From: a virus
Taxonomy: Duplodnaviria > Caudoviricetes
Reading direction: 5' to 3' (one strand)
Length of the DNA: 59,906 nucleotides
IMG/VR virus record: IMGVR_UViG_3300006789_000024
Span: 1 to 59,906 of that record
A program made the translations under genes and the position numbers. Below the pieces are notes generated by a model. The model made no database searches. It worked only from the letters and a program-made list of their open reading frames with translations, and was not told the DNA's origin. Positions 56,422-59,906 of this stretch are shown here, one piece after another (position 1 is the stretch's first letter; the number at the start of each line of letters is the position of its first letter).

Positions 56422-58149
56422 ATGAATATAAAACACATACCATACAATATATCTGATAAAGAAAATATTATAGATTTATTAAACTATAATTTTGACCAGT
56501 TTTTTGCTAATTCATATGGCGTTCCTGGCTCTGTTGGGGCTGGCGGTGCTGTTGGAGGGGTAGGAGCTACAGGAGCCACAGGAGCTATTGGTTTAGGAGG
56601 GTCTACGGGTCCTCAAGGAGCAGTGGGCAACGATGGAAACCTGCAGTGGGCTGAAGATACAACAACACTTGCAAATGTTGATGTGGTAATACCTAAAGCT
56701 ATTACATCATATAGTACTAGAGCTGCATTAGTTATTGGAAAATCCGCATTGGTTGCTACTGATGATGACTCACAATTAACTATAGATTCATATAGCTCTT
56801 CTACTTCAGATTCATTACAAACATATAGTTCTCATATCCAACTAACAAATCCAGGTTCTCCTACATATTTCGATATAAAATTAAATATCGATACGTTAGA
56901 GTTAGCATTTAACGGACTTGCTACTAATAATGTTTTGAAATTTAACACTGACGACGGTGTGACGTTTGCAGATAATGCAGGGAATGATATTGCTGTTTTT
57001 GATAATAATAATGGTTCAACTATTTATGAAGATATTTACTTTCAAGATTCTGTAAATATCAATCATGGGTTTGAGATAGCAGGAGGTACTGATACTTTTT
57101 TAGTCCAATCTTCTGATAATGATGGTACTTTTTCTAGTGTTGATTCCAATACATTAGGTACTGGTGTTATGGTTGGTACTATTATTGCTATTGACAAATG
57201 GCAGTTTAATGATACTAATTTTCATACTAGTGACTCTCCAACTGTGGTGACTTTAGGTAATGGTAGTATTGAAAATTATGAAACTAAATTAGGTAGAGGT
57301 AAAAATGGGACAGAATGGGAAGGATGGTATTATTGCCATGGTTATACATGGGCTACAACTCACGCTTTAGGTGGAGAAGCATATAATACGCCAGATATGG
57401 TTACAAAAACATTTACTTCATCTACGGCAGGACCTCTTATACAAGACGATCAGATTAAAAGAGTTATTGGTGCACAAGGAGGTTCTATTTATCAAGCAAA
57501 TACATCTACTAATCTATGGAAGATGGATAGATTTAATAAAGATGGAGTTTTGACGAAATTACAAGCCTCTACAGTTGATGACTTTAACCATGGTCAGAAA
57601 GAGATTTACCATGTTGCTATGGATTATGTTATGTATTTAGGTAGAGATGATTTAACTTGGAGAATAACTGATGTAGATGACGCTGAAGGCTTGCGGGCAA
57701 ATGGACCTGGCGGTTTTAACTATGCAAATCCGAATGCAACTTCCGTAAACTGGAATACTTCTTCTTTGGCTTGGCATTGGTGGGAATCCCTCGAAGATAA
57801 CGCGTTCTTTAACAATACTAATATAAATTGCTGTGGTACTGCTGATGGGACTTGTACATCTGGAAATGCTAGTGGGTCTTTCTGGTGGGGCGGTGGTTGG
57901 CTTCCGCAATTAAACAAAATACCATTTCAACTATATAGAGAGTATAATTATAATATTTTTAATAACAATCTTAGTACATTGGGTGCTTCACAAGGAGTTT
58001 TATATATGTCCGCCGGTAGAATGGCACCAACAGGATATTATAGAGTACCAGAGGATTCTGGAAATGTTTTTAATGGGGTTTCAGGTTTTGAATATTGTTT
58101 ACTTGACTGGAACCTTGAAACATGTACGCTGACTAAAACATGGTGTTAG
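56422..58149 (+). CDS. collagen-like tail fibre protein, paralogue 2
   Basis: 14 Gly-X-Y triplets (56518-56643); GRG...WEGWYYCHG. Confidence 0.75.
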   Translation: MNIKHIPYNISDKENIIDLLNYNFDQFFANSYGVPGSVGAGGAVGGVGATGATGAIGLGGSTGPQGAVGNDGNLQWAEDTTTLANVDVVIPKAITSYSTRAALVIGKSALVATDDDSQLTIDSYSSSTSDSLQTYSSHIQLTNPGSPTYFDIKLNIDTLELAFNGLATNNVLKFNTDDGVTFADNAGNDIAVFDNNNGSTIYEDIYFQDSVNINHGFEIAGGTDTFLVQSSDNDGTFSSVDSNTLGTGVMVGTIIAIDKWQFNDTNFHTSDSPTVVTLGNGSIENYETKLGRGKNGTEWEGWYYCHGYTWATTHALGGEAYNTPDMVTKTFTSSTAGPLIQDDQIKRVIGAQGGSIYQANTSTNLWKMDRFNKDGVLTKLQASTVDDFNHGQKEIYHVAMDYVMYLGRDDLTWRITDVDDAEGLRANGPGGFNYANPNATSVNWNTSSLAWHWWESLEDNAFFNNTNINCCGTADGTCTSGNASGSFWWGGGWLPQLNKIPFQLYREYNYNIFNNNLSTLGASQGVLYMSAGRMAPTGYYRVPEDSGNVFNGVSGFEYCLLDWNLETCTLTKTWC

Positions 58150-58168
58150 TAATAAAAATATATAATAA

Positions 58169-59791
58169 ATGAACATAAAGACTATAATATACGATCCTAG
58201 CAATCCAAATGATATAATTGATTTAATTAACTATAATTACGACCAATTAATTGCTAATGGGTATGGCGCTGCAGGTACATCTGGTGCTGCTGGTCAGTCG
58301 GGTGTAATTGGCGTACAGGGGCAAGAAGGAGCTACTGGACCTATTGGTGCGGTAGGAGCTACAGGAGCTACAGGGTTTGATGATATAGAAACACATGAAC
58401 CAGATACTACAACTGTAAATAATACAAACATACTTAAGCCTATTCAGACATTAGTATATGATAATCATTTACCAAATTTAATTATAGGGGAAGATTTAAT
58501 AAATAATAGAGCCCATCTAACGGTTGAAAACAACCTATTGGAAATGGATTCTAATATAAGGCTGACTACTGCTGTAAATGATAAATACTTTGATGTATCA
58601 TTGGGCCAAGGTTCTATTGAAATGTCGTTTGGCGGAACTACTTCTAGTAAAATACTATTACAAGGAGACGAGTCAACGTTAGCAGATTCTTCGGACCAAG
58701 AAGTTTTTGCCTTATTTGATAAAACAAACACAAAGGTAGAATTCAAAAAAAATACAATAATAGATAAAACAATTGAAGTATTATCAAACTCAAGGATGGA
58801 GTCTAATAACCCTCAAACTGGAAAAATTATTACAGCAGCAAATGAAGACGGTAAACTAGAGTGGTCTCCTTCTAATATATTAGGTTCAAATGTTAATTAT
58901 GGTACTATAGTTCCAATTCTTAGTTCTGAGTTTTTTAATTCTTTAAACTTTGAACAAACATATACTGGAAATACAAACAATACTATGGGTCGCGGTAAAA
59001 ATACATATACTGGGTGGTATTTATGTCATGGGTATACTTGGTATAAAGGAGGTGGAGTACATCACTATAGGACCCCAAGATTTAAGAACGATACCTCAGA
59101 GTGGGTTGGTGGAGTTAACCCAGGAATAATGGGGTTAGACATTATCAATAATATAAGAACAGGCTTGCGAACTCATATTGATGTTCCTGCTCCGAATCCA
59201 AACACTGACCCATGGGTAGCAACACCTCATCATTGGGATGTGAACACCGATCAGGCGCCATCAATGCACGTTGATTGGCGATATGCAACCACTCCACCAG
59301 CAAATCACGAGTGGTTAAGGTTAGATAATGACATAATGAATATTGTTTATTTAGGTAGAGATGATTTATATTGGAAATATCAAGATACGTCTAGCTATAA
59401 TAGTAAATCTCAATGCTATTATATAGATGCTCATAAAATGGCAAACACAATGTTTAACCTCCAACAAAACGATGTAAAAGACCATTTTCAAAGTCAGACA
59501 GACATTAATTGTAATTACCTTGGTGTATCAAATGGATTGATCGTACCGCATCACGTACCAGAAAGAATAAAATTTCAAATGTTGTCTTGGAATGTATATC
59601 AATCTGGTGCTAGTGATTGGAAAATTAGAACTAATCAAGATTTATGGGAAGCGCCAGGCGTGCTGGCTAGACCAGGGTGGTATGGTTCAAACACTAGTGG
59701 GGGTAATAATTGGTCGTCCCATCCGTACGGTTATTGGACTGGCGACGGATGGGGTAGTGGATTCCTTCTAAATCAAACAGGAAATTTATAA
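58169..59791 (+). CDS. collagen-like tail fibre protein, paralogue 3
   Basis: 13 Gly-X-Y triplets (58265-58381); GRG..YTGWYLCHG. Confidence 0.75.
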   Translation: MNIKTIIYDPSNPNDIIDLINYNYDQLIANGYGAAGTSGAAGQSGVIGVQGQEGATGPIGAVGATGATGFDDIETHEPDTTTVNNTNILKPIQTLVYDNHLPNLIIGEDLINNRAHLTVENNLLEMDSNIRLTTAVNDKYFDVSLGQGSIEMSFGGTTSSKILLQGDESTLADSSDQEVFALFDKTNTKVEFKKNTIIDKTIEVLSNSRMESNNPQTGKIITAANEDGKLEWSPSNILGSNVNYGTIVPILSSEFFNSLNFEQTYTGNTNNTMGRGKNTYTGWYLCHGYTWYKGGGVHHYRTPRFKNDTSEWVGGVNPGIMGLDIINNIRTGLRTHIDVPAPNPNTDPWVATPHHWDVNTDQAPSMHVDWRYATTPPANHEWLRLDNDIMNIVYLGRDDLYWKYQDTSSYNSKSQCYYIDAHKMANTMFNLQQNDVKDHFQSQTDINCNYLGVSNGLIVPHHVPERIKFQMLSWNVYQSGASDWKIRTNQDLWEAPGVLARPGWYGSNTSGGNNWSSHPYGYWTGDGWGSGFLLNQTGNL

Positions 59792-59815
59792 AATAAAAAT
59801 AAGATAAATAATTAA

Positions 59816-59906
59816 ATGGCTCAATCATCAAAATATGCGTTAATAGACGAAGATGTCTTGGTAGAATTTATCTACCATGACCAAAGTGCTTTGACTTTGG
59901 CAGAAA
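59816..59906 (+). CDS. structural-module protein, 3'-truncated by window edge
   Basis: MAQSSKYALIDEDVLVEFIY..., open to the end, after AGATAAATA 59802. Confidence 0.7.
   Translation, partial: MAQSSKYALIDEDVLVEFIYHDQSALTLAE

Noticed and set aside
2517-58746. Minus-strand ORFs and nested + ORFs (57371..57553) in the track
   Set aside because: They lie wholly or mostly within or opposite well-supported + strand genes and have no recognisable motifs
54819-59791. Diversity-generating retroelement acting on fibre tips
   Set aside because: No reverse transcriptase and no template/variable repeat pair differing at adenines was seen in this window
1-59906. Stop-codon reassignment
   Set aside because: Genes are full length and tightly packed under code 11, and TAA, TAG and TGA all end genes
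1-59906. Bacterial chromosome origin suggested by clpC, galE, dnaJ, rpsA and rpsU
   Set aside because: These genes are interspersed with phage hypotheticals and a myovirus baseplate module, share phage-type motifs and lack host operon context
1-59906. tRNA/rRNA genes, introns, inteins, integrase or transposase
   Set aside because: No cloverleaf or T-loop in intergenic gaps, no split genes and no splicing or recombinase motifs seen by eye; a tRNAscan/Infernal run would be needed to exclude them fully

Overview
A 60-kb, AT-rich fragment of a large T4-like (jumbo-type) myovirus, with essentially every gene on the + strand in the standard genetic code. The host is most likely in Bacteroidota/Flavobacteriia, inferred from Bacteroidota-type bS21 and bS1, a general lack of Shine-Dalgarno sites, and -7-like TATATTT boxes. 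Bases 1-23,400 are accessory and host-takeover genes. They include small early-type ORFs, a GC-rich non-coding repeat block (1.6-2.26 kb), a ClpC without an N-domain, four small UVR-motif proteins, a dCMP-hydroxymethylase-type TS homologue, ATP-grasp, ParB-like, GalE, exonuclease, DnaJ, bS21, PhoH, an unannotated PspC and dCMP deaminase. Bases 23,460-59,906 are a contractile-tail module with gp53-, gp27-, tube-, gp5-, gp13-, gp25-, gp6- and gp7-like genes, large virion proteins and three collagen-like fibre paralogues; bS1 and an amidoligase sit inside it. Three promoter-like motif classes are visible by eye. The leading candidates for undescribed systems are: (1) an N-less ClpC with a family of UVR-motif adaptors, (2) leaderless mRNAs combined with phage bS1/bS21, and (3) enzymes carrying a T4-like capsid-targeting sequence. 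All assignments come from motif recognition; no database searches were run.
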